NCBI GenBank assembly: GCA_048013815.1
Contig: CM106585.1
Location: forward strand, 23,994,001-24,058,000
Source of the DNA: Setoptus koraiensis
Lineage: Eukaryota; Animalia; Arthropoda
Direction: 5' to 3'
Length of the DNA: 64,000 nt
Position numbers and translations under genes: made by a program. The stretch's first letter is position 1, and the number at the start of each line of letters is the position of its first letter. The notes beneath the pieces are model-generated. The model was not told where the DNA came from. It saw only the letters and a program-made list of their open reading frames with translations, and did not search any database. Positions 12,427 through 25,796 of the stretch are shown in pieces.

Positions 12427-14783
12427 TATTGATGGACCTCAATAAATGCCACTCAATTCTCTAACAATAAATGGACAATTCAAATAATTGAATGATGATT
12501 ATTAATGCTAAAAGGAAATGTCCATCTATCGAGCAATCAATTATTGTTGTTGTTGTTGTTACTGGCAACTGTTTGTCTCTCGTTGTGTGTGGCATTTACA
12601 CTGTTGTTGCCATAGTTGATGAGATGCGATGCTGCAACTCTACACACTCATGACTTATCTGTCTCTATTTTTGGCAATTGTTACATAACCATCAACCTAC
12701 TACTACATTTACGCCAATACTTTGATTTGTTGCCACTTGGGATAGCTCTGGCCATAGCTCGCATTTCGCCTCATCGCAACTTCTTATCTCTTTCATTGTC
12801 TCTTCCCACTCTAGCCTGTGGCTCATTACCTGTGCTGTCGTTAGCCTGTGGCTAGTGGTAAGTTGCTAGTGGCTATCGGTTGGTTCGGTTAACCGATAGT
12901 TGTTCGTTAGATGACAACTAATCTTGTGTGGCCGACAACAACAACAACAGATTGATTTGTTACGGCTTACAAGTGACCTATAATAGCGAGCGACACAAAG
13001 CCCCGGGCTCCTATAGCGCGCAATAATGCATCACGCCACGCCACGTCACGTCACTTCACATCGAATCAGTACACTGATACAGTGATACATTGGGACTACT
13101 GTTAAAAGTTATCAACAAATGTGAGTGATCCTATGTGATCTTACATCCACGCGTTGGCAACAATTGTCGAAATCATTGACTTTTTTTATAAAATTTACAA
13201 CACAATGCTTACCGTTACCGAGAGAATAATTCAATTTTGTTGCTAGTCATAATACAGTGAGCTCACTCTTGCGAGCTACGGGTTCGCATGTAATGAATCG
13301 CTGTATCAATGGAGATTGATTGCTCATTGTCAGCCTCGCTGTCAATGTAAGCTGTGTAAGTTTGCGTCGACTGACAAACTGCAGATAACAATTAACATGA
13401 TTGTAAACATGACAATGATCGCCAACAGTGTCAATCTTTTAGTTACATTACATCAAGTTAAACACCCCCTCTAATAACAACAACTATGCACTGTTCGCAA
13501 CTGCTGTCGGCATTATACACATAATACACCGTACAATGTATAACATGGCTAACGATAATGACTCATTTCAACAACAACCACAGTGACAATGATCATTCTA
13601 ATCAGAGTAAACCGATGAATACAAACACAACAGGCTTAAATTTAAATTTAAAGTCACCTTTTTCAGCTTTCATTGTGAACAATATACACTGGCACATTGC
13701 GCAACACCGATCATTTATGCACTTATACATTTATGAACGATACAATGCTACAATATGCAGTATAACAGGTAAAGCGGGTGTGTTGCGACAACAATGTAGT
13801 GATGGCTCGAAAAAATATTCTCATCATACACTGTAATGATATTCACACAATGCCTTGCTATTCAGTCTACTTGTAAAGAAAAACTTTGGTACTTATATAA
13901 CGAAATCTCAATGTAACATCAGATACCCGAGCACCGTTTTCTAAGTCTCAACTCGATTAAGGGGGCATACAGGGTACGTTTGTTTTTGTTGTTGCTTAGT
14001 GACAATATCATTTTATGCAGACCGACACTTTTGCTTTATACCGCTATCATCGGTGGATTGTGCAACAACTTGCAGGCTATTTGCTGATAGTTGCTTCAAT
14101 TCGTTTATTTACTTTGATGAATTTTAGTTTGTTGGTCGATGGGTGTCAATTGTCGCTCAAAATCACAGGTCAGAAGCTGAAATGTGGCATAATCAGTGTT
14201 ACATCTGCACGTATAAGTTTACTATTTCTAAGTGCTAAATTTGGTCGCTCGTGGACATGGTCAAATACTGTAAATTGGCAAAGTTTTTGCAATCAATAAC
14301 CAGCAATCAGCAAACAAACAAGTAACAACGTGACGCTAGACTCGACAAAATAGATTTGAATGAACGAAACTTAACTTTTCCTTCGGTGACATTCATGCAT
14401 GCAGTGGCTTACTGCAAATATACGATGGTTCGAAATAGCTCGGCTCGAGTGATCCAGACAGTAGCTATCGAACTTGGCGAGTCTGCTGCCAGCGGGATAT
14501 CTGGAGGGAGCCCCTCGAGGTTAAACATTGACTTGGCTTGCTTCAATTTTGCTCATCTCCTCCGAGCGGAAGCGTACTCTCTCTTTATCATACAAATTGG
14601 CATGCTCGAGATTCGTGCGCCCTCTATAACTGGATTGTGAAACTTGACGAAATTGTCGGTGTTACAAACTACCATCAGATGAATTTACTGGCAACTTATG
14701 GGTCGCAAGGTGCCCTCTGTTGAGTTTGCGATCAACTACATGGCTGTTATAGTATCACCGTAATACCTTTTGTGCTGTTGATA

Positions 14784-15158
14784 TAGGGTGTCTCGATCAA
14801 GCGCCCAGGTCCAGAAACACATGTGCAGCACACAAGCACAGACAGTGCAAAGTAGTTTTATGTGCTGCTGTTGTACCACGACAATAAACACGCTCAAAGT
14901 CAAGCTTACGCACGAACTGTGCGATTCAAGCGGCACAGGTTTTTCTGATGCACCTAACTTAGTTTACAAAAAGTCCACGAGAGCCGCGCTGCAGTGCATT
15001 CTTCGTTGAACAAAGTGTGAGCAGCGCCTCTGTTGGATATTTCATAAACCATCGGTGCACATTGGAAGCAGCGCGCAGTGTTTGTGTGAAGACAATGCAC
15101 TGTGGAAGGTAGCGTAGCATAATCTGTAGAAAACGGGTCGCTTGATTGAGACACCCTA
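14784..15158. mobile_element. Non-autonomous Tc1/mariner-type DNA transposon (MITE), 375 bp
   Basis: Left end TAGGGTGTCTCGATCAAGCG (14784-14803) matches the reverse complement of the right end CGCTTGATTGAGACACCCTA (15139-15158) at 19/20 positions. Flanked by TA at 14782-14783 and 15159-15160, the Tc1/mariner target duplication. No transposase ORF inside. Confidence 0.85.
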
Positions 15159-18100
15159 TAGTTTTAGTATTATTGACGCATGAGTAGCATAGATGGCAGC
15201 AGCGGTTCAATTTTGCGTGTCAGCCATTTCGGGGGATACACCAAAGATTGCAATTTATGACACGCGGTGTCGCCACATTGGTGAGCCAAGCCGAATGCTG
15301 GCCACAGCACGATGCGTCAAGTGCATGAGTCTAGTTACTGGCTAGTTGCTGGCTTGTTGTCGACGGCTGCGCATTGCGCATCGTGCACATGAGTTGATTG
15401 GATGATCGCGTATCTTCCACGATTCGATTTGATTCAAATTGTTCGATTTGTTTCATTCGATTCAATTTGATTGGACAGAGAACTTTTGCTCGCAATTGTT
15501 CAACTAACTCAACACAAACCAGTGGTTAGTTTGTTCGTATTCACAAATGAATATTGTTTTATTGTGAATACTATTGGAAACAATAAATTTAGTTTCAATT
15601 AATTCATTACGATATTGAATTTATAGAAAAACAACATCAAAACAAAACAATACAAACACATAAAACAGTGACCAGACATTGCACAGCGACGACAATCAAT
15701 TAACTGAACTCTTTCAACTCGACAGGCACACTTGTCATGATATTCACTCCACTCACAGTATCAACAAAACTTGGCATCATCATCGCAATTAACGACATAT
15801 AATCACTGATATTTACAACATTTAGCCAAGTCCTTCAACCGAATGACCATTTCGCCAGGAATTCCGACAACGAGCTGAGGTAAGTGCACTCACGATGCAA
15901 AACAATCAAGTTGAGATTACATTTTAAAATGTGCATGTGAAATGCAAAATGTTTTTGTTGAAGCAACGACAAATTGTCGTAGATAGTCATCTTGTCACAC
16001 TAACCACCAATAAAGCACCGTAACACATAAAGATGTTAGTCGACAATTTGTTTGTAAGACCAAACAAGTCAAACTAAGTCATTTGGCTCAACTCACAAGC
16101 CTGTTGGTGATGCTAATTAATATTGGTGGCGAGTTATCATCAGTTTGCGATTAATTAACATTTATATATGGTCATAAACCATTGTTTAGATTACCGGTTC
16201 TTGTATCTCGCAATTATTATGTATGTGCGATATACAATATATAATAATAACTTTTATACGTTTATTTGTTTATGGACAACAATTCGCAGCCAATTTGAGA
16301 CAGTGTCATGTGGTGAGTGTCTTGTTAGCTAGCACAGGTTGCCCCTTTCAACCAATATCAGCTACCGATCTCAACATGAGAGTGGAATTAGCCCACGAGT
16401 TAGCAAAAATAATGGCAAAGTGGGTGTAATTTGTCTTGTGTAACAACTTGATTCAATTGAGAGGACAATACGACAAGTGTTAATCGCGATATAAAGCGAT
16501 ATAAAGCAGAGAGAAAGAAAGAAAATTTGGCACCTCAAACTTTCGAATAAACAAGCAATTCAACTAACAACAAGAGTTGTCTATTTTGTTTTATGATATG
16601 CTTGTTGTGATGTTAATGCAATCATCATGCATCATTTGAATTGTAATTAAAAACTATTCTAGCCATGGCAGAAAGTCAACAACATTATCAGTTTGTTTAC
16701 ATCATACACAGCACATACACAGACAGATAACAGGTAGTGTTGTTATTGTCTTCGAGGCACAATGCTAAAACTATAGTTGTGATGGAGAATGGTTGTGAAA
16801 TATTTCCGTGGTTGTAGCATCGCAACAACCGCCACCACAAGTAGACACTTTTGACTGGAAATCAAATGGATGACGTAGTGGTGCAATTGTATATAGATAG
16901 TTCTCTAATTACTAATTCAGATCAATGCTTGTTGATGGTCGTCGTCACTCGCGAGTCGCGACTAAAAGGGTAGATGACTTGAGACTGGCTGGCACAAGTC
17001 ACAAATAGCTATTCTTTTTAATTTGATGCGCCGTTGTGAGCCGCCATTTGACTTTTCGTTAGGTTTGTCAGTAAATTGCCGCAATTGCCCAGCATGCGAA
17101 AATGAGAAACGCATCACAAGTCGTTGAAATCGTTTGTGTGATGCGTCGGCAAACAAACTGTTAGTTAGCTATAGTTGTTTTTTGTTTGTTAGCCGTTGCT
17201 TGTATATCTATGTGTTCGAGTATCATGCATTCGAGTGATACTGGATCGCTGGAGACGAGCCAGAAAGAGGGACAGGGAGAGAGTAATATACTCATTATCA
17301 CATTTAGTTGTTGCTGTTGTCGCATGCTTCATAGGGTTTGAGCTCATCCATTACTTGATTGATTAAGCGACAAGCTTTCGCAGTAATAAGAAATGTCGGT
17401 CAATCCGCTTGCCGCTCGCCGTTCGCCGCTTGCCGTTGATATATTACAACTTGTTGTTGTTGTATCTCTGGCAAGAACACTCTTTATCACTTGCGTTCCC
17501 ATTACCTTGTGTATCTATAATGTATCTGGCTGGCACTTTCGGCACTCGCTCTGTTGTGTGTGACCAGCCCCAATTTACCAATTTACCAATTTACACCGGT
17601 TAGGTAGCTCTAATTTTGGTGTTTATATAGTGTGTGTGTGTGGCTGTTTGGTTAATGGTGGTGGCCCTAAAAAGTGAGAGGGGGAGAGAAAGAGGCAAAC
17701 GCTTTTTGGTGCAAGGTGAACAATAGTGATTGATTATGGGCGCAACTTGACACAAACGCTGGTGTTAAGCGCCAACAACAGCAACAGCAACAACAACCAA
17801 CACCACGCCAGAGAACAAACCGAAGCTCTCACTTGCTTGATTGATTAGATGGCCTTGCAAACCACCCACCAGTAAAAGCAACAGCAACATGAGAAATAAA
17901 TTATCATTATTATTATTTTGCATAAATATATGCGCACACAATTCGGTCGCTATATCAGTCGCTTGTCACGACACAAATGCAAATTAAAATGAGAATGCAA
18001 ATGTTGGCGCCATCACAGGAACACACACACACACACTCAGACAAATACAAGACTCTAGACTTGTGAGTATCTTGCAATCATGATGATAGCTTTCCAATAG

Positions 18101-18665
18101 TGATGATTGCCGCCACTACAGTCAGCTGATTTGTTCAACAAGCAACGGTCGAGGGTGCCAATTGGATAAAATTGGTAAAAAGAGAGCGATGTTACGCGAT
18201 CATCACGTGATAAAACAATTCACTTATTACTGCTGCTGCTGTTGCCGTTCGTAATATTGATACCAGACACCAGATAACCTGATAAACGCCAATCTTGGGT
18301 TGTATCGCGCAGGTAAAAACAATTTAGCTAATGCCATTTTCATGCTGCTTCCTCCAACAACTAACAAGTGAGTGCTCATGATGCCGACTGGCGCTGCTTG
18401 GCGCAGTTGGCCATAGTTTGTGAGGGTGTCATAGTTGTCGGAGAGGCAATGGCAGCGGGCAAAATGATGAACTGTGCCGCTCGACGAGATATAAATTTGG
18501 TTAGTGCTGCTCGAACACTCAAACATGAGGCCGATACGCACGCTAATGATGTCAAATGATTATCTTCACACTGCTACCTGTACTTTAATTAGATTGTTTG
18601 TAGCGCCCTCACCAATGTTTCCTCCATGCCAATGAACAGTGCCATTCACCTGGTGAGTTCACTTG

Positions 18666-18678
18666 CAACAGCAACAGC

Positions 18679-18722
<44 letters not shown>

Positions 18723-18723
18723 C
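18666..18723. repeat. (CAA)n microsatellite with a few CAG units
   Basis: Read directly. Confidence 0.9.
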
Positions 18724-21700
18724 CAGATATCTGCTGCACAACAGCAAGAGGAAGAACAACAACAACATTGGCTACTGTGGCCAGTAATTGATGATTAGGC
18801 AAGAATGAGACAGAACAAACTCGTTTGCGTGTCATCTAGAGGGCGCCCAACTGATGCCATTTCATCCATCATCATTGTTTTATCATTCTCTATCTCCATA
18901 TGTTTCGTGGCGCTTTACCATTATTATTGTTGCTGCCATTATTGCGTGCCACAACAACAACAACAGCAACAACAACATAGGCAGTAGTTGCAGCAAGCAT
19001 GGGTCATATTGTTGGCATTAGGCACGCAGCACGAGCTCGGCAACTGGAATGCTAATGCAAGGCCAGTTCAGCCAGGTTATTGGCGCCTAGGTCGGCGGTG
19101 CTGTGACGTAATAACACTTGCCATTCTCGGGTTAGCGTACGAATTTGCCCTCTCATTAGGTGTTAATGAGATGGCAGATATTTGAATATCTGCTCACAGC
19201 GCATAGATTCAGGCAATAGATAAATGGCATGCTAGCACAACTAGAGCACATGATAAATATTCTCCAATCTTTTGGGCGTCTTCGCAACCATATCTAGCTA
19301 GCTATTTTGCTACATCCATTGCGATAGAATATCTATCTATCTATGTATCGGTGATGCCGATCTAACCAGAACAAGCTGATTATAACAAAGAGCAACTCAT
19401 GCCGGCCTTCTCACCTATCGCATGGCCTCTCTAGCGGCCACTGACCACTGACTCCTGACTCCTGTCATATGTGATGTTTATATTTCATTAGTTGGCGCCA
19501 GCACATTCTCACCATGATTGTGTCGAGCATACATAATGGCATTATCATACTGTCTCGTTACGCTCTCTATCATGTGGATATCGCTCGCTTTATCTAGGAT
19601 ATAACTATGCACAGATATAGACTAATTAGCAAGTGATGGTCGGAACAAGCGCTCAATTGATCACTTCATCATGGTGTCCAGCAATAATGTCTATTCTATT
19701 CTGTGTGTGTGTCTTATTCTAATTCGTTTGTTGTTGCTGTTTTATATTTCGCAACTCTAATAGTTTAATTTACGCTTGCCTCGGGCCAATTCAACTAATG
19801 AATGCGATGGCGATTATCTCGCCATAGTTGCCGCCATTGTGTTGCCATTGTTGCCTTTTAACCGTGACTACGATCAGATAAAAAACAAAGTCCACAAAGG
19901 CGAGCTAACTAATTTAGTTGTTGCTGCAGAACTGCTGCATGCAAAACGTTTACACTTGACACCGGCTCGCCGGCGCGAGACGCGACCGGCTCACATGAGT
20001 CATATCAGTCAGCTGTTTAGCTGTCAAACGAGAGCAAATACACAATCAGTTAATCTCAATGTGAAAAAGAATGCATAATGATTACGCAATCGTTTGTGTG
20101 TGTGTGTGTGATTGCGTGATCTGCACACAAATATACTATTATTGGCTAACACTAAATTAGTCGTCGTTACATTAAAGAGCTCACCTTTTCTAGCTTATTA
20201 ATGCCTCTGCTGCTACTAATAATAAATTAGCAGTGTGAAATGTGTTGTGGGTACGGAAGAAACAGACCAAATCCTACATATCGTTTCGCCGGCTAGTCAG
20301 CATGTGGATTTTATCACCATGGCAATTATTTCAATTGCAATATTGCCACCTGAAGTCACCTGAACTCACTAACTCACCGACTGCTTGACTCTTTCACCAA
20401 TTGGCAACTGCTGCTGCTTAATGCCTAATGCCATATGAAATGAAATGTTGCTGTTGCCTAATGTCTTATGAAATGGAGGAAGAGCTCACTGACAGGCAAT
20501 CTTATTTTTATTCATGTCCAGCAACCATTTTGCAGCCGGCATCATTGTGCCGCCGGCTTCGAATGGTGCCAGCCCTGGTGGTCAACAAATTTTCGACTCG
20601 AATCTTGCCCTAACCAATCATCCAATGGCCAACACCGTGTATTTGACCGTGTAATGGCGCTGCTGTCGGTGGCATCCACCACTAAGGTGGCCGCAATAAA
20701 TCTAAATATTTATATCTAATGCATATTATTTTTGTCTAGTTAGTTGAAATGGGATGAGCGCTAAAAAGGAGCGATCTCCATAAGTGGTACTCTCTCTACT
20801 TTGCTCCAAATCTAAGTGAACTTTACCTAGAAAACATTAAATACTTTTGGCTTCTTGTTACAACGAGTTCTAATTGAATTCCAGATCGATGAAATAAAGA
20901 AACTGAATTGAATTGTCAAAGTCAAGGTGATCATCTCAGTGTCCAGTGGCCATCGCATCGCGTGTACGAGAGACATCTCAACAATTTTTTGCATACTCTA
21001 AGTGGATCAATGCAACAATCAATAATAAATAGATGAGCCCGAGTGCAGGTTGGCGGCCATGAAAGGCGATCATAATCAATTTATTTATTTGTTTGTGTGT
21101 CTTATTTATAGGCACAATTTTAGATGAAATATCGCAAATATCTCTTGCCGCAAATATGCGACAAGAGATATCTTGACATGTCGGTGAGCGGTGTTGTTGT
21201 TGATGGTGAAACGATGACAGCTCATTCGGCATACAACAGACGGCATTGATTTATTTTAACAAACTAGTTAACGTTGCCTGGTTTAAATATCACTACAGAT
21301 ATAGGTATATATTACACTGGCCACTTGTTCATGCGAACATGTTAACATAAGAATTTCTATTTCTATTTCTCGTTCACCGGAGCTCAATTAAGTGAGTTCT
21401 CTTTTTGCACTTGCTGTCCGTGCTTTCCGAAAACATAACACATGAAATACAGCGAGAAAAAACTATTTTCCATTTATATCTTCATATTATGCGGTATTTC
21501 AATATTTTTTACTATATATAAGTTGTATTCCCGAGTTAGATAAAGTGAAAATATGAGATACTGTTAGTCGTGTCGTGCAAACGCAGCCCTCACAGCATTG
21601 GCTGCATGATGATAATGATGATCGCTAGATCGCTTTCACGAGACTTTTGGAGCACCTGTTGAGCAAGCGAAAGTGGCCAGACAACAACAGAGGCACAAAG

Positions 21701-23852
21701 CTGACGATAAAAAACTTTGTTTATGTAACCTGTGTGGCCTACATACATGCAAGCAAACGTACGGTGCATAACATGAGAATAATAATGATAATTGGCTCTC
21801 GTTGTTAGTGTGCAGACTCGAGTTGAAAGAATGTCTAATCTTATATAATAATTGCTGCTCTTCACTGCTTCGTTTTGCCATTGCTCGTGTGTGGTTAGCA
21901 AAGTGGCCAAAATAAATATAATCACATATGGGCTTGGTAATTGCCAGCCCATATGTGAGCAACAGCAACAGCAACAGCAAAAGGTAACAGTGAGAGTGGT
22001 CAAGATTGGACTACTCATTGCCAATGATGCTACCATTGGCTGCTTTAATTACCTGCAACAACGGTTGCCATGACTACGCCGCTTAGCGATAACGGTTTTA
22101 CGAGCATCTTTCTCTCGTCTCGCATTTTATTTATCCTTGATCTTTCTCTGGCAACCAATCTCTGGCGAACAGTATGATTTTGATGTTGCTGCCATATTGA
22201 TATTGTTGACTGTGCGTGTGTTTTTACTGCTACTTTTGCGAATAGGTGTTTTTTATCTTTGCTGCAAACACCAATCAACCGACATCTCAATCAGCTGATA
22301 CACCAACCAACCAGCCGACCAACCGTCCATCCGACGATGATCAGAATGATCGCATCGCCAACCCAATGAGAATCATCGCCAACGCATGCTGATGATTTTA
22401 ATTAATTTTCGTCAATGATACGTCCTGCTGAACATTTCGGTCTGCGTTGCGTCGTGCTCACCGTTGCCGTTGGCTGCAGCCAACGGTTTGGTCAGTTTGG
22501 CCAGTGGTCAGTTGCGGCAATCTGTGCTTTTTGCGCGGTCGCCGCGCGATTGATATAAAATATATCAAAGAAGAAATTATTATATCAATTTTAGCTTTAT
22601 TAACGTGTGCTTACGTGTGTTTGTGTTGTCTCTCTTTTGGCTGGTCTCGTTAAATGAAGAATTTTTGTTTGCTCGCTATCTGTCCCTGTCTGAGCTATCA
22701 TCTGTGTGTGTTTGAATTTCTTGAAAACTTTGATTGCTCCTTCATCGGGCCAGCATTAGATTATTGGTGGTCATAATAATACATGGTCATAATAGGCCTG
22801 CTGATTGTATCAATGACCCACGTTGAATGGACATGATGATCAAATGATCAAAATAGGTTCAATGAACCAGCACTTCGGCCAGCACAACCACGTGTCTAAT
22901 TACTCATTCTGAGCTGACCAGTCCAATGGCGAGTCCAATGACGAGTTGGCTGCATCAGTGGGCCCGTTTGCTTACCGTTCGCGAACAACAGGCCGTTACA
23001 ATTGAGCGCGATTTCACAATTTCATTGCTGCCCGCTCGATTCTACACAACAATTACATACAATTCAACAACTGGCATTTGGTCAACTCAATTCTCGAGCT
23101 GATCTCACCTGAGCGCCGTGCCACTCACGTGTCTACTGAAATCGTAATCGTGATTATGACGATGTGACGATGACTGACACTCAAACGGCGCCATCATGTT
23201 GAGCCACATTAAAACGGAACGGCCAAAAGGTGGGCAACATTTTTGCTATTCTGCTAGCTCTCGCTCTTGCGAGCACAATGATTTGCTGGCAGCGCCCAGA
23301 AAACTCTATAAACTATATAATTGCATGATTGTGAATGTGCTGACCAGCAATCATGGCGATGCGTCAAGGTGATCATCATTGCGCTACTAAAGCCACTTGA
23401 CCGCTGAGTAGCCACCGCAATCACTGACATTGGCCACTGGTCAGTCAGTGGTCGGCACCGAAACAAAAAACAACCACAACGAGAATTTGCTTGCTGGCTG
23501 GTTTAGAGGGCGCCACTCGAGCAAGTGGTCGGTTTTATTTTGGCCACTGGCCGCTGGCTGCTGGCTCGTGGCCTTGGAATTCGAACAAGTATGGCCGGAT
23601 AAAAAACACAAAAACAACTTGTGGTGTCAAATGGAGTGCATCGCTCTTGTCGATAGACGATTATGATGAAATGAATAACAAATGGCTGTGGCTTTACATT
23701 TATAAAGTGAAGCAAAGTGAGTTTGTGATGCACAATATAATGCATGGCGCATCACAAAGTGCGCCATTGTGCACTTGTCTGCTGTTAGTTGGCCGCGTTT
23801 TCCGGTTCGCGAACGCCAATTCGAGCAAGTTCCACGAGTGGCCGATGTAGAG

Positions 23853-23948
23853 CAGTTCGAAGTGCGCGGTGATCACTTTCGAACTGACACGCCGCAAAGT
23901 GGGCCGGTGAAAGCCGGCCGAGATGCGCCCATCGATTAGGTGCATCTC
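23853..23948 (+). ncRNA. Candidate structured RNA element (three stem-loops, one with a GAAA tetraloop)
   Basis: Stems at 23853-23886, 23902-23919 and 23920-23948. G-U wobbles form only on the plus strand. No family recognised and no expression evidence. Confidence 0.3.
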
Positions 23949-25160
23949 ACAACCGCCCTGTTGCAATTTCATTCTTTCGAACACTTTGGTTAATTTTTCC
24001 GCCCCGCGTTGCCCCTGACACTGCTGTCTTTTGTCTTTTGTTGCTGGCATTGTTCACCTCAACTTGCTTGCCGTTGATGCTGCCAGTTTCTGTTGTTGTT
24101 GTTGATTTGCGAAAAATGTTTGCCCGTTGTAATTACTTTTTTTCGTTGTTGTTCGCTCGCTTGTTGTCTATTAGACGCGAGTGCAGCAGTTCTTTAGCGC
24201 CAACACCGGCCCAATGAGCACCATTAAAGATATCAAACTGCCATCATCGGAGTGAAATGCGACCAGTAAAAAACCCAACAATACGTTTAATTGGCCTTCC
24301 TTGGGCTTGTAACGATGACCAATGAAGCGACGCTTTTGTTTTTGTTGTTTTAATTCGGCGCAAACTTTTTTCGCTTTGATTCGAGACTATTGGAGATCAG
24401 AACCAAATTGAAATTATTGCTCACTCACTCTGTTGCTTGGCCGTCACAGTGAACCAAACAACACAACAAATAACAAACTACCTATAGAACGAGATAAAAT
24501 AAAATTAAAATAAAAAGTAGAACAGAAATTGCACAAATTAGTCGCTTCCTTTGAATCAACTCGTATTATATTACCTGATATTGAGTACGCGCTATTGACG
24601 ATCGTCCACAGAGTAGGCAAACTGTTTGTTGTTGTTTTATTATTAACACTGCACAAGCGTGTAGTAAAAAGTTAATCCAACCAAAAGACTCTGTTTACTT
24701 TGACACAGTTGCGTTCTTTCTAACCTATTCCGACCATCATTTATAAAATTTATTTATAAATTGATTCAATTCGCTAACATGATTTATGGTACGCGCTTTC
24801 CCCTGCGCAAAACAGAGCGCCAATTCGAAACGGGCTCAGCATTTGACCTTTGGCATCACAAATGACCATTCTGCGCACCGGGGGACGGGGGGTTAAAATC
24901 GTGTTCGCGAACGCACAAACGCGATTGCCACTTTTTCGCTAGACAACGCCAATATCGCCCGCAATCCGTTACAATTAATTAATTATAATAATAACAAATT
25001 TGCTTTCTCTCGCCCTCTCGTCATGGTCTGTTTCACTTTTATGCATGTTACATTGTAACTGTTGTGACATGTCACGATATTACCTATCACGCAGCCAGTA
25101 TGAACTAGCATAAACACTGTCAGTATTGTCAATATTGTGAACAGTGGATGACACAACAGC

Positions 25161-25796
25161 ATGGAATCAGCTGCAAAGGAGACGACCACTTTCATATTGG
25201 CCGAAAGTGGCCAACAAGGCCAATTGTTGGACAAAAATCAGATCATCAACAACAAAAATAATCGCACACCAAAAAACAACAAGCAACACAACAGCAACAA
25301 CAACAACAACAGGAGTAGCGGCAAATTATACAGAAATATGTTGGTGCCGGCATCAACGGAATGTGCCGGCACTAGGCTCCCCTTTATCGAAGCTACCACC
25401 ACCAGGCGGCCGAGGGGCTCCTCCTCCGGCGCGGTTAATGTATATAGTAAAATCGAGAGCGACACCAGCTACAATTGTTGGCCAAGCAGCAGCACCAACA
25501 AAAGGTGTTCATCATCGTCGGCTAAAGAGTTGGAGTACAACAGTATAAATTGTTCACACTACGATAGATGTAAATCATTGTCCATGGCAATCATCATTAT
25601 GGTATCATTGTTTCTACTGCTATTGCCAATATCATCCATGTTCCCATCGCCGTTGCCGTCAGCATCATCATTATTATCATCGCCGTCGTCGTCGCGCCAA
25701 CACCAACAACCGAACTCAAGTCAACTCAAATTACTGCAACAACAACAGCAAGAGTTGTTGTTGCCCTTGCGGCAAACAACAAATCATCTGTCCAAG
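25161..25796 (+). CDS. Putative first coding exon of an unidentified secreted or membrane protein
   Basis: 252-aa ATG ORF that is not just a simple repeat. Contains a hydrophobic segment (MAIIIMVSLFLLLLPISSMF, ATG at 25584) and a phase-0 AAG|GTGAGC donor at 25797. GC-rich promoter-like sequence lies at about 24780-24970. No homology recognised. Confidence 0.4.

Noticed and set aside
19393-19410. Minus-strand GGCCGGCATG, identical to the start of the HDV ribozyme
   Set aside because: Only 10 nt match, and there is no complementary P1 strand or nested pseudoknot downstream.
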